This document shows, piece by piece, positions 1 through 12,049 of a stretch of 64,000 nt of DNA. Position numbers and translations under genes: made by a program. Positions within the stretch are counted from its first letter, which is position 1. Every line of letters starts with the position of its first letter. Source of the DNA: Strigamia acuminata (Eukaryota). The DNA is taken from NCBI GenBank assembly GCA_949358305.1, contig OX442314.1:29574001-29638000 (forward strand), given 5' to 3'. Under the pieces are notes generated by a model. That model was given only the letters and a program-made list of their open reading frames with translations, searched no databases and was not told where the DNA came from.

Positions 1-3000
1 TGCTTTACTCGCATTTGCTTTTTAGGCTTACTTCTATTGTTGGGACTAATCCTGCAGCTTGAAACTGATAAAGAAAAGCTGCTTCATGTGCGAGTTTCAC
101 TTACCAATGAAGTGAGTGTTATTTTTCTTTCTCTCTTTCATGGACCAAGAAATTAATTTAAAAGTGAGGAAAAAAAAGGGGGAAAAAGTCCCATTGACTT
201 TTCAGCTTGAAAGTGCTTTCATCTAAATTGTTCCAGTATAGAGTTCAATTTTTAAAGATGACAGCAATGGACCAATGGTTGAAAGACATATAATTTGGCA
301 TGAATTTATTGCTGTGCAGTTTAGTGGAGGGAATAAAACAGTGGGAAGAAACATGTTGGATGGGGAAATTCAAGATGTAGTGGGTAATAAGAGTGTTGAG
401 AGCCCCCTAGTGGATGGAGTGAGTGAGGAGTTAATCAGCTTGAATTGTGGATCCTTCGTTTTGCCACTTTTTTCTTCTTTCGCTTGAAATTAAGACAAAT
501 TTGGGTGGAGGGATCTTGTGCAGTTGTTGGAATAAATTTGTACACGGTGTTTGTCCTTTGATTTGTTTGTTGACATTCTTGGGCACAAGTTGGGGATAAA
601 GATAGAATTACATATTAAATCTGCTGTCAAGATAAAGTCAACATGTTTCTCACATTAAACAAGAGATAAGGAAGTTGGAGTGTAATTGAATATTGTAATG
701 GACGAAATGTTTGTTATACACTTAAGCCTAATGTGGCAGAAATTACATTTAAGTTGCACATGGTGGGTCAACATCTGGTTAGAATTAGTTGTTGCCTACA
801 TGCTTATGACTAATAGATGATCTTTATTAAGTCGTAAAGGTGTGTTTTAGATACTATTACAAGGGGAAATTAAAGAAGAGCTACGGTAGGATAGCGGTGT
901 GTCCTTTCTAAGGGGCAGATATTTCAATGTTGATTAAATAAATGAATAAGGTATAAAATAGACTTCGACCGATATCGATATTTTGTAGTATCGCCGATAC
1001 CGATAATCGGCAACCGAATATTGGCCGATACCGATACCTGTGCCGATATTAAAATTAAAATGTTGCACCTCTGAGGGTTAAAGTGAAAATCTGCATTAAT
1101 GGACTTCGGCTGTGTTGCTGTAGCGAAGCGCCATTGTTCTTTAGCGGTGTATGCTCTTGATGGAGTAATACTGTTTTAAAGTTGCAGTTATTATTGCCCA
1201 CATTACATTTGAGCTCTAATTCACTTAACCTGTCCGGGGTTAACAGTTTCCCAGGATCTTGGCAATATGGTCAGTGTAACCTAAAATCGCCCACATGTGC
1301 CAGTAATTTGAAGAGAATTAATAATCATAATTTGCATGTTTGAAACGTCTTAGCAATTAATTTAGGACTCGATTTTATAATATATATATTTTTTTTATCA
1401 ATTTTTTATTAAAAATTTCTGTGTTTCATTTTCGAGTAATCACCCTCTGTATTGGCTATTTGGCAGTTTTGTGACGGGTATGGTCTTTGCCATAGAAGCC
1501 TGGGGACTGGTTACCAAAGTGTGGGACGCATCCTTATGTAATAATTAGACAGGGACTCCAGATTGTTGGTTGTTGGCCTTTAATCCGTTGTCTAGGGGTT
1601 GGAGTCTCCCACTAACCCACGTGTTGGCAGTGCCGCAAAGGCACGCTACACCTGTGATGTGTCGAGCAGACGCATCACGAAGAGTTTTAATTTAAAAAAA
1701 GAGACTTGATCATGTTTGGAACATTCGTGTGTCAGTTCCTTCGTGTGTCGGTTGCTCGCTGAATGTGTATCGAATGAATATGTAAGTTTTGTTTCCATAT
1801 GATTTAATGGGATTTTAATTGACTTGTTTTGCGAAAACTCATTTTAAAATAAATAATGTATATATATTTGATATAAACCAGTTGGTCACATTACACACCA
1901 GCAACCGACCCGTCATACACAGGTAGTGATCCCCATTGATGACGTGGCCGGTTGGACTTAACTTTTCTGCCATACTCACCCATACAGCCCATCTAACCGC
2001 TCATGGAGGCTGTAGTGAATCCATCATCGCACTACTGAGTGTCGTAGTGGTGAATGGGGAGGAGAGCAGTCAACACAGAGCACGACTACGTACTCTTGTT
2101 GGCTTCAGGACTTCTCTTATAAGTCTGTCTTGGTTGAGACCCAGCGCTCTTTTCTCTACCCACAACACTCAGCTTCCTCCTTCCCCATTCTGGGTGACCT
2201 TGGCGCCATTGGGTGGTGTGTGGTAGTAACGCAGGTCACCCTCGAGTGGTCAAGCGGTCAGATTCTATTTATTTCAGTAAAGCTTTCGGATGGCTCAGAC
2301 GGCCTCATTGTTTTACTTAAGAAGTTTGAACTTCCACCCAGCATTTTTTGTTGCTAGGAAAAAACTTCCTGAAAAAAACAAGTATCTCTGTCATCAGTAA
2401 TTAACCCAAGCCATGTTGCATTGATTGAAATCTGAGGAGTTCAGTTGTCATTGGGATTTCTAGTTTAATTTGTGCTATTTAGAGATTGTTTATGGTATGA
2501 AGTGAAAAGATGACTGATTTGTATGTCATGTAATGGAATGGATGGAATGTGATTCAATGGGTCATTAAGAATTTTTTACCAATTAACCGCAGAAGTAGAT
2601 GTGGATCTGCGGGATAAACCGCGAAGCCATTATCTGACATTGCTTTTGTTTCTGGGTGTTTAATGTTGGATATTCAACTGGTTTGATTTGATTTGATTCT
2701 GATGTTTCTTTATCTGAAGCAACGAAACAATAATAATGTTTACATTTTCTATTATTATTATGTTGTTGCTGTTGGTGGTTTTGGATGTAGATCAATATTG
2801 CATCAGAAATTTCTTGTTGTTTCACCGAAGTTTTGGAAATTATTTGAAGTTACGAGATGCCAGGGATGTCGTAAGCTATGTTAAGCTCTTTGCCTCCGGA
2901 AGAATGTTTTCTAATCAAATTTTGAATTTTCTTTACATTTTATCAAACTCTTGTAGACAATCAGAAGAATGAATTTATGGAATTTCAAATCGTATTACTC

Positions 3001-3309
3001 TGCTCTGTGTGTGAAGTTACCGACTTTTGGAAATTTTACTTATGAATGCTGCTAAAATGCCGATGAAGATTGGGTTTATCGGCAGTCAGGTCAAGCCTGG
3101 GGTATAGCAGGCGTGTCGTTTAAAGCGGGGATACACGGTAAGAATAGTGAAAATTTGAATTTTGCTTTTTGTTTGCCTAAACTCTGGCTCATTTTGCTTT
3201 TTTTTGTGTGTTCAAATTATGTATTTTCTGTTGTTATGTTGCTAAAAAACGACAAGTGTAGGCAATGAACGACTGAGAGAAGAACTGATTTATTCAGATA
3301 AATTAAAAA

Positions 3310-3497
3310 TTAAAAAGTGAAATTTCAATGGAAAAAATTGAAATTTCAATGAAAAAATTGAAATTTCAATGAAAAAATTGAAATTTCAATCAAAATATGG
3401 TAAACAATTGTAATAAGAGCCGTCCTCGATTAAGAGCCGCGGCTCAGGATGCCCGTTTTGAATAAGAGCCGCGGCTCTTTCTCGAGAAAATACAGTA
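3310..3497. mobile_element. Right part of a Tc2/pogo-like MITE with an internal ~20-bp tandem repeat (gaaatttcaatgaaaaaatt)
   Basis: Near-identical to 46360-46626 (taagagccgcggctcaggatgcccgttttgaataagagcc...gagaaaatac(a/g)gt). Confidence 0.75.
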
Positions 3498-3798
3498 TGC
3501 GTAAGCTTATATCAATCCATTTCTATACTCAAAACCACCACAACGTTGATCTATTGTATAACATCAACAAATAAATGATGTTACTTATGGCTTGTCCAAT
3601 TTAATGTACCAAAATCAGTACTTTTAAAGAAAAAAACCGTCAGGTGGCGTGCCCGATAATAGGGCTACTGCCACTACTGACCACCAGTCCAATTTTTACT
3701 GACCACTGGTCAGTACACGTTTTTTAAGTCTCCGACTTTTATTTAAATTATCACTTAAATTTGGTAATTTCTTCATTGCTTTTGAACTAATTCGTCAC

Positions 3799-6700
3799 AT
3801 GGCAGAAGCAGCTATCGTAAGAAGAAGGAAAATGGGTAACGATGCTTCGAAAAGCACACCACCAATTACCCGACCACGCGGAGGAACCAGAATCGAGGCG
3901 GCCATTGATGTTCCCAAAACGTCGCGTGGGCATATCATCAACAATTTGGTAACATCGCATCCGCGTGCTGAAATCATTTCGTCACGAACACGTTCCGGAC
4001 GCAAAAAATCCGTGACCGAGGTTGCGGCAGTTACCTCCGCCGATCTCCATGTTACCGACAAGTCTGCAGCGGGCGAGGAAAATGACGGCCACGATGAGGG
4101 AAACATTCAGATCAATCCAGCAGACCATAACAGCTCTACAGAGGAATCGGACAGAGAGGTGGATAGTAATATAACCATCTCCAGGGAATATTTTGACAAT
4201 CTGAGACATGAGGCGGCAAAAGCTAAAGGACTGCCTGACTCCCTTTTTTCTACCCAAAATGATTTGATTGATTTCTCGCAAATGCCCTGCTCTAGCAAAG
4301 ACAGGTGGAGCGGTGATAGAAATATCAATTCTGTTCATTATGATCTTCCAGACTATGATGGAATTTCCCCATTGCGCGGGAAGTTTGTCAGAGATCAGCA
4401 TGGCTCATGGTCCATCGCGGACAAGAGAAGCGATCTCAGTCAGGAAAACGTAAGTATTTCACATTATGTTGTGGGCTGAAACCACTTATACTATATGCAA
4501 GATTTTTTATTTTTAGTCTCGTCGATCATTCGATTTCAATGATTCGGGAGCTTATTACGATGGTCAAAAGCACCACGAGGGGCGAGGTTGTGGACGCAAC
4601 TATATGGAAACCGATTGGGACCGCTCCCGTGAAGAATTTGGTTCTCCCTGCCGACGCAAACCGTACGATCGTGTCGAAAATGGATCGAGTGAGATACGTT
4701 TTTTGTCTCCTAGTCAAGAGGGGGACTCGGACGGATCCGAATGGGGATCCGAGGAGGAGATTCCATTTCTAGCTAAGGAATCCGCTAATCAGATTGAGAA
4801 ACAATTAACAGTACGACCTAGTAAAACTTTACGAATTAAGCTGGCCAAGATCTTCCCTTGCCCGACTCATCAGGTCCCGGCCCTAAGAATGACAAAAATG
4901 GACCCCGATGTGGAAGCATACGTAAACTCCAGGAAGACTTCCTACTCTGCAGCCCGAGAGAAAGTATTTAAAGAGATTGGTTCCTCAATCCTACGCATTG
5001 GTGCAGTTGCAGCCAAGGTTTTTGACAGGGAATTTGCCAATAACCCTCTGTCAAAGTCTGAAGCATTAACAGCTATGCAGGCAATCCTACTACAAGTTAG
5101 TAGTCTGTCATCAAAAGTAAATGACGAGAGACGATTTAATGTTGTGAACGCGCTAGCGGGACGTAATACCAACATTTCAAAGTCTTTCCGGCATAGCCAT
5201 CACGAATTCTTGTTTGAAAACAAGTTCGCCGAATACTTTAGTAACTATAATAATGTGCCTGAAACAGAGAATATTATCTAAACTATTACAAATTTCCGTT
5301 TGTTTCAGAAAAACAATCTGACGAGTTTTTTGCCCTGGACAAAGCAAGAACGCGATCTGGCGGCAACAGAGGTGGAGGGTCACATTTTCGATCACACCCA
5401 TACCAACAAAACTTCAGGGACAACAAGCACCAAAGTTATCAACAGAAAACGAATTTTCAGGCTAGAAGTAACACCCAAGGAACCGACGGTCGTCCCAAGC
5501 CTTTTTACAAGAAACCTTTTACACGAGGGCGTGGCGGATACACCAAAGATCATTCAAAAAATAACAAATCGGGTGAGGAGTCGAATTTACACATGCATGA
5601 ATCTTCTCCTCTTATTTACGAATCAGGGGGGTCCAGTTCATCAGCCTTTATTGAAATACCATTTACACAATCTTCGGCTCGTTCGAGCCGGTTACCTCTG
5701 TGCATCCACAATTGGAAGAAATTAACTAGTGATCCCTGGGTCCTATCTACAGTTAAAGGATATCAGATTGATTTTGAATCTCATCCCATTCAGTCCCCTT
5801 TCACTCATCCGGTTTTTTCAGAGGAAGCAACATTATTGATTGATGAGGAAGTTAAAAATATGGTTAGAAAAGGTGCAGCTTATGCCGTTAACCACAGACC
5901 AGATCAGATTATTAGTTTTTTGTTTTTAGTTCCAAAAAAGGATGGAGGTTTCCGACCAATTCTAAATTTAAAGCCATTAAATGAACATATTACCTTTCAT
6001 CATTTTAAAATGGAAGGAATCCACACAGCACTGAGTCTTATTGAACCGAATTATTTTATGATAAAAATTGATTTATCTGATGCCTATTTTTCAGTGGCCA
6101 TTGATAAGAATTTTAGAAAATTTCTTAGGTTTATTTGGAAAGGAGTCCTCTATGAACTGGGTGTATTACCCTTTGGTTTAGGTCCGGCCCCATACATTTT
6201 CACAAAGATATGTCGAATAATAGCATCATTTTTAAGGTCATTGAATGTTCTTCTTGCAGTTTTTATAGATGATTGGTTTTTTACATCTGAAAACAGAGAG
6301 CTTTTGATTAAACAAAGAGATTTTTTCATTTCCTTAATTCAAAATTTAGGTTTTATAGTTAATAATAAAAAATCAATCTTAGAGCCTACTACAAAATTAA
6401 TTTTTTTGGGTTTTGAAATAGATTCAGTCAAAATGTTAGTATCCTTACCCGAGGAGAGGGCTAAAGGAATTCAGATTTCCATTAAGAATTTACTTAACAA
6501 ACAAAAAGTGTCTGTTCGAGAAGTAGCTTCAGTTATTGGCAAACTGAATGCCACCGCTCTGGCGATTTCCTCTGCACCTTTGCATTATCGAGGACTTCAG
6601 CAACTAAAGACGCGTTTCTTACGTAAGGGTTCGTATGAATCTGAATGCTATCTTAACAAAGAATCCCGTAACGAATTAAGATGGTGGATTAGAAATTTGA

Positions 6701-7707
6701 ATTCATGCAAAGGTAGATCTCTTATTCCAAAACCAGTTGTTCTAACTTTAGAGTCGGATGCTTCATCCACAGGATGGGGTGCAGTTTCGGGAAACACAAG
6801 CATTGGAGGTGTATGGACAGGAGTTTACCTTTCTAAACATATCAACGTTCTTGAGCTTGTAGCAGCTTTCTGGGCACTAAAAGCTTTAGCTAGGGACCAG
6901 TCAGGAGTGTCCATTCGAATTAAAATGGATAATACATCAGCCATAGCAGCAATAAATAATCTCGGTAGCCCACGATCATCAGAATTAACTGCGGTAGCTC
7001 AGGACTTGTGGTCTTGGGCAATGGACAGAAACTTAACAATTTTAGCGGAACACATCCCAGGTACAGATAACTGTTTGGCAGACGCAGCTTCACGAGGTAG
7101 TCTGTTTGATTCGGGTGATTGGAAATTAGATCAAGAGGTCTTTAACCTTATTTCCAACCTGTGGGGTCCATTTTGTATCGATTTATTCGCCTCTAATCAT
7201 AATTTTCAGCTTTCACCTTATTACAGTTGGAAGCCAGATCCTTCAGCAAAGGCTTTTGATGCTCTAATCCAAAACTGGGGTTCTGGAATTCCATATGCTT
7301 TTCCCCCATTTGCACTTATTCCTGCTTGCATTCAACGACTGAAATATGCTTCCTTCACACAGGAATTGGTGTTGATTGCCCCAGTCTGGACCGCCCAACC
7401 ATGGTTCCCTATGCTTTGGAAGCTGTCGACAGACATTCCCTGTCTGCTACCGAACCACCCTCAATTGATACTCAATCCAAAGGGAGAATCTCACCCTCTG
7501 ATTCTGAATCAATCACTACTTCTAGCTGCATGGAAACTCTCCTCACCAAGCTTAGAAACGAGGGACTTTCAGAAGAGGCTTCCAGGTTGGTGGGATCTTC
7601 CTGGAAAAAATCATCAGCTAAAAACTATGAACGTTACTGGAGAAGCTGGTGCGAATGGGCTCAGAAAAAACATGTTAACCCTTTTTCGCCATCTCACTTC
7701 CAACTAG
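3799..7707 (+). CDS. DIRS Gag-Pol (gag, reverse transcriptase, RNase H, Dam-like methyltransferase); predicted exons 3799-4449, 4517-5240, 5309-7707, 1257 aa
   Basis: Pol ORF 5593-7707 has RT motifs IDLSDAYF, LPFGL, FIDD; RNase H motifs SDASSTGWG, HINVLEL, MDN, HIPG..N..AD; MT motifs IDLFAS and YAFPPF. Removing GT-AG introns 4450-4516 and 5241-5308 joins ORFs 3799, 4604 and 5593 in frame with no stop. The pol call is firm; the splicing is inferred. Confidence 0.8.
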
Positions 7708-8498
7708 CTAATTTTCTTAGTACTCTTTCTATTTCTGGCTTGGCTTATAATACCATAAACTGCTACAGATCAGCAATTTCTCAGACACTCTGTGTGAGTG
7801 GGCATGAAGCTTTAGGAACCCATCCTTTAATACATCGAGTAATGAAGGGTATTTTTCTTTCAAAACCCCCTAAACCAAGATACTCCCACATCTGGCATGT
7901 AGGCCCAGTTCTAATCTATTTAAAAAGCATTTCCTTAAATCAGTCATCCCCAAAATTAGCTGTGAATCTCAAAACAATAGGCATTCTAGCACTCTGTCTT
8001 GCGAGTAGATCTTCTGATTTATGTGCCTTATCTTCCGAGATAACATTTTATGAAAACTCATGTAGCATTCCTTTACTTAAGACCCGAAAATCTGGGTCCC
8101 AGGCACCTTTTGTAGTCAATTCTTTCACGGATACTGATTTATGTCCTGTTTCAGCAGTAAAATTTTACTTGAAATTTTCAACACCATTCAGGGGCCATCA
8201 TAAACAGTTTTTTCTTTCTTCATCTCAACCCTTTCAACCAGTCTCCATCAGTACCATCGCTAGATGGGTGAAAACAATTCTTACTAATGCAGGAATAGAC
8301 ACTTCTATTTTTAAAGCGCATTCCACAAGAGCAGCTTCGACCTCTTTTGCATTCAGTAAAGGTTTACATCTCTCTCATATTATGAAAGCTGCGGATTGGT
8401 CCACAGCAAGAACGTTTCACAATCATTATAACAAACCAATTGATAATATAACGCATGAATTTTCCTCAACCATTTTGAGTGGCTACGAACAGCCATAA
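7326..8498 (+). CDS. DIRS tyrosine recombinase (YR), overlapping the 3' end of pol
   Basis: Catalytic signature R (LASRSSDL), K (LKTRK), HxxR (HSTR), W (ADWS), Y (HYNK). N-terminal SAM-like region (SSAKNYERYWRSWCEW). The ORF begins at TTG; first ATG is at 7401. Confidence 0.95.
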   Translation: MHSTTEICFLHTGIGVDCPSLDRPTMVPYALEAVDRHSLSATEPPSIDTQSKGRISPSDSESITTSSCMETLLTKLRNEGLSEEASRLVGSSWKKSSAKNYERYWRSWCEWAQKKHVNPFSPSHFQLANFLSTLSISGLAYNTINCYRSAISQTLCVSGHEALGTHPLIHRVMKGIFLSKPPKPRYSHIWHVGPVLIYLKSISLNQSSPKLAVNLKTIGILALCLASRSSDLCALSSEITFYENSCSIPLLKTRKSGSQAPFVVNSFTDTDLCPVSAVKFYLKFSTPFRGHHKQFFLSSSQPFQPVSISTIARWVKTILTNAGIDTSIFKAHSTRAASTSFAFSKGLHLSHIMKAADWSTARTFHNHYNKPIDNITHEFSSTILSGYEQP

Positions 8499-8595
8499 GT
8501 AACATCATTTATTTGTTGATGTTATACAATAGTAAATTTTGCAAAGTAATGAAGCAAAATATTAATTGTATGAATAACAAATAAATGATGTTACT
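8491..8595. repeat. DIRS internal complementary region (ICR)
   Basis: 8491-8532 is the reverse complement of 3551-3592 and 8530-8595 is the reverse complement of 8947-9012. The two halves overlap at TAG (8530-8532). Confidence 0.95.
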
Positions 8596-9627
8596 GTCCC
8601 ACCCACTTTCCAAGATTGGAAATCCCACCCTGATTCGTTAATACAGTATATATTGATAAATTCACATATATTATAAAAAAATTTTAACTTGTTTTTGTTA
8701 TTTAGAAAATTGATAATGTCGCTATCAAGGATGGAATCTCGTCTGGATGTACGATTTGAATGTAATAAAATAAATTTCATTTCAAATAGTAACACATGTG
8801 TATGATTAACTTTATTACCAGTCTGATATATTATAAAAATTGAACTGGTGGTCAGTAGTGGCAGTAGCCCTATTATCGGGCACGCCACCTGACGGTTTTT
8901 TTCTTTAAAAGTACTGATTTTGGTACATTAAATTGGACAAGCCATAAGTAACATCATTTATTTGTTATTCATACAATTAATATTTTGCTTCATTACTTTG
9001 CAAAATTTACTATTTCACTGGTGTAGGGACACAAAAAAGTAGCTCATAACACCAGAATTGTACTCGAACTCCAGACATTGTGATCGATTACCAATATTGT
9101 CAAAGGTGATGCTTTGACACAGAACTACTTTTCCACTTAGTAGAACACAGTACTTAGTTAGGCATAAACAGGCTGAAATAGATCAACCTTGTGGTGGTTT
9201 TGAGTATAGGTATTTGCATGTCTACTTTAGCAGCACCAACCTAGAAAAAATTTCATTAACTCTCAACTCCCAATTCGGGGACCTGAAGCCAAAGAATTTT
9301 AGAAATGTATGAAAAATGATTTTTACAGTTTGAATATTTCATTTTTATATTGAAATGTCACCAATTCTTTATTTGTTGGAAGAGTATGAGATAAACAATG
9401 GAATTTGAATTCGAAAGCATGGGAGGAACAAAGGAATTTTATCTAATTTTTAAATTTTTGATTGTAATATTTTTTTCCAACGAGAAATTTAAAGATGAAC
9501 AAAGGAATTTTATCTAATTTTTAAATTTTTGATTTTATTTTTTCTTTTATCGTTATGACAACGTAAAAAATTTTCCAACCAGAAATTTAAAGGCAAGAAG
9601 TGTATCCTGAATTATATGGAAAAATTC

Positions 9628-9735
9628 TTCACAATGAATTTTCTAGACATTCTCAACAATGAATTTCCTAGACATTCTTAACAATGAATCTTCTGGACAT
9701 TCTTAACAATAAATTTTCTAGACATTCTTAATGAA
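9628..9735. repeat. Short tandem repeat, ~25-bp unit (aacaatgaatttcctagacattctt), about 4 copies
   Basis: Visible direct repeats. Confidence 0.8.
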
Positions 9736-11463
9736 CTTCTAGAAATATGTATGTGGTAATGCGGTACTTGTCACTAAAAATAAACATACTTCAAATGACC
9801 GAATTTAACATTCAGACACTAATATTATTACATAAAAATGTTATAAAATCGAAATCTCACATCTGCACTACCACACGGATCGTTCGATATTTTTTTGTCA
9901 AAATCCAAATATTAACACAAGGCTAAAAATATAAAATGTTTTTCTGAACCTCAAACTATCCTGAGAATAAGAAGTAAACTCACACAATTGCATGTGCTCC
10001 AACTCCAATGCAGGGCCTGGAAAAACCAATAATAAACCAAAGGAATACAGGGATTTAGCATTGGCCGTGTTCAACTGCCTAGCGAATATGTGGTGCAACT
10101 GATTTGTTTTGGTTTGTGCAAATCGAAATTGATGAAAGTTGGCTTGTGGCACAAACTCACGTTTGTACTTTCAATTCCTTCCAACAATCCTGTAGTACAG
10201 GACAAGCTTTTATTTCGACAATTACATTTAGTGAAGGAATAGTACAGAGTGAAGCAATTAATTATGTTAAACTTCAATAGCAGTTAAAGATTAAATAGTA
10301 ATCAAATATTTACAATTGCTAATCTGAGCTTTTAATGTGGAAACTGGAGTTTCTAAGGAACACGCCATCAAGGGGGGAATTGAAGGTGACGCCATGTTTG
10401 GTCACCTGAGGGTCACTTCGGTGAACCACACTGTAATGGGTCATTCTATTTCATCTATAAAGGGGGGGGGGGGCTATTGATATATTTGCATATCCTGTTT
10501 GAAATAAAACTTCACTGTTCAATGTAATCTCTGTGCGCACTTGTGCTTTTTTTCTGCAATCCATACGAATCAGTTTCAATCCATTGACATCGATAGTCCA
10601 AAGTAACTTTTTATTAATCCAAATACAAAATCGAGTTGCTATTACAACATTTAACTCATGCATGAGGAAGTTGAGACTGCAATTTCTTAAAGATTTGCTG
10701 GAAATAACCTGAGTGAGTCTGTACAAAAGTATAGAAAGATAAAGCGTGATTCAACTAAATACGGTATTCTTGGTGTTTCAGCCACGGCTACTATTCGAGG
10801 GCGGCTAGAATTTGAGGGCGACTCTTAATCGGTAAAATACGGTATTTGGAATAAATTTTTTTGGGGAGCTGAAGAAAATTATTGAAGCATTAAGTGAACA
10901 GAAAAAGTTTGGTTAACTACTGGTGTAAACAATACATGAGGGCTCGTGTAATCATGGAGCCCTAAGCTGCAGCTTCTTTAGCCTAATGGGAAATCCTACT
11001 ATGATTAATTTTTTCTACTATTAACATGCTTGAACTACTATAAGAAGTTTATTGAGAAAGCTATACAGTAGTTAGACAAAGTTTGGATTTCCCAATAGGC
11101 TCAATAGACATCCCACTTAAGGCGACAAAATTTGAGAACAGCAAATTCCGGATCACTAGCCGGCTTTTATTAAAGCAGATAGCAGGTGACTTGCTCGAAG
11201 GAAAATGTGGATCGATCAGTTCATACACATGGTGCACATCTTCAGCTTTAATTGTGACCAGCTTGTGGCCAAGAATATTGTAAATCCACCATAGAAAAGC
11301 CATTATTTTATCTTTCTGATAATCTAGTTCACACAACTGGATTAGAATTATCTAGTTTCAAAATGTTTAAAATAGATAATTTTGGGCTAGATGTGTTTGC
11401 ACTAAGAACTAGAACTAGATTTAAACTTTGAGTTAGCCCAAACTTTCTGGTGCGAACAAGGTA

Positions 11464-12039
11464 CAGTCGAAACTCTTTATGACGAATCGTGATATAACGA
11501 ATTATCGATATAACGAACTGTTAAAAATAATTTGGTTGGCCAGCCGTAGAACACCATGTTAAATATTTTCGATGTAACGAATTTCAATATAACGAATTAT
11601 TCGTTATAACAAACAAGTTTTCATGTACACTGTAATACTCACAAGTCCTTGTTATAACGAATTTTCAAACTGAGACTCACAACATCAGATTCCCATATTT
11701 AGAAACCAAAGGAAAATGAAAAATTTAATCTTTTAAAATGGCTGCCAAATAAAAGGCAATTTTGATTCAGGACAAGTTGAACATTATTAATGTCATTGAC
11801 AATGGCAAGACGCCATCAATTGTAGCAGATGAGTTTATTTTGTTTCGTTCTACAATTTTCAACAATTTTAAAGAATTGGGATAAAATTAACATGAAACTT
11901 GCACGTTTATGAATAAATAATACTCCGTATTATTTATGATGAAACTTAATTTTCTTTAGCTAATTCGTTTTAACGAACTGTTGTTATAACGAATCGATTT
12001 TTCCGGTCCATTGTGATTTGTTATAAAGAGCTTCGACTG
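11464..12039 (+). mobile_element. Internally deleted pogo/Tigger-like DNA transposon with a CENP-B/psq HTH remnant
   Basis: TA-flanked TIRs cagtcgaaactctttat / ataaagagcttcgactg. From 11738 it reads MAAK*KAILIQDKLNIINVIDNGKTPSIVADEFILFRSTI, resembling a pogo transposase N-terminal HTH. Confidence 0.8.
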
Positions 12040-12049
12040 TATAAGAGAT

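Larger units (their letters stand above)
3551..9012 (+). mobile_element. Full-length DIRS1-like tyrosine-recombinase retrotransposon
   Basis: 133-bp ITRs at 3566-3698 and 8834-8966 (1 mismatch). Unique left (3551-3565) and right (8967-9012) extensions are both complementary to an ICR at 8491-8595. CTA at both termini. Encodes gag, RT/RH/MT and an overlapping YR ORF. Confidence 0.97.
3523..9209. mobile_element. About 228-bp MITE (CTATACTC...GAGTATAG ends) split by the DIRS insertion; pieces 3523-3553 and 9013-9209
   Basis: The reconstructed left TIR ctatactcaaaaccaccacaacgttgatcta+tttca matches the reverse complement of 9174-9209 with 1 mismatch. Confidence 0.88.

Noticed and set aside
26..111. 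Possible host exon (tttag|...LLLLLGLILQLETDKEKLLHVRVSLTNE|gtgagt)
   Set aside because: Good splice sites and one open frame, but no partner exon or recognisable family in the window, so it cannot be supported as a CDS.
1480..2250. GC-richer patches with small hairpins and ORFs 1936/2130
   Set aside because: Probably decayed repeats; no termini, motif or second copy identified.
2583..2972. Short overlapping ORFs with Q/N runs
   Set aside because: Products of low-complexity sequence.
5300..5725. 141-aa ORF between gag and pol
   Set aside because: Alternative frame with a TTG start; the gag-like sequence is in the pol frame.
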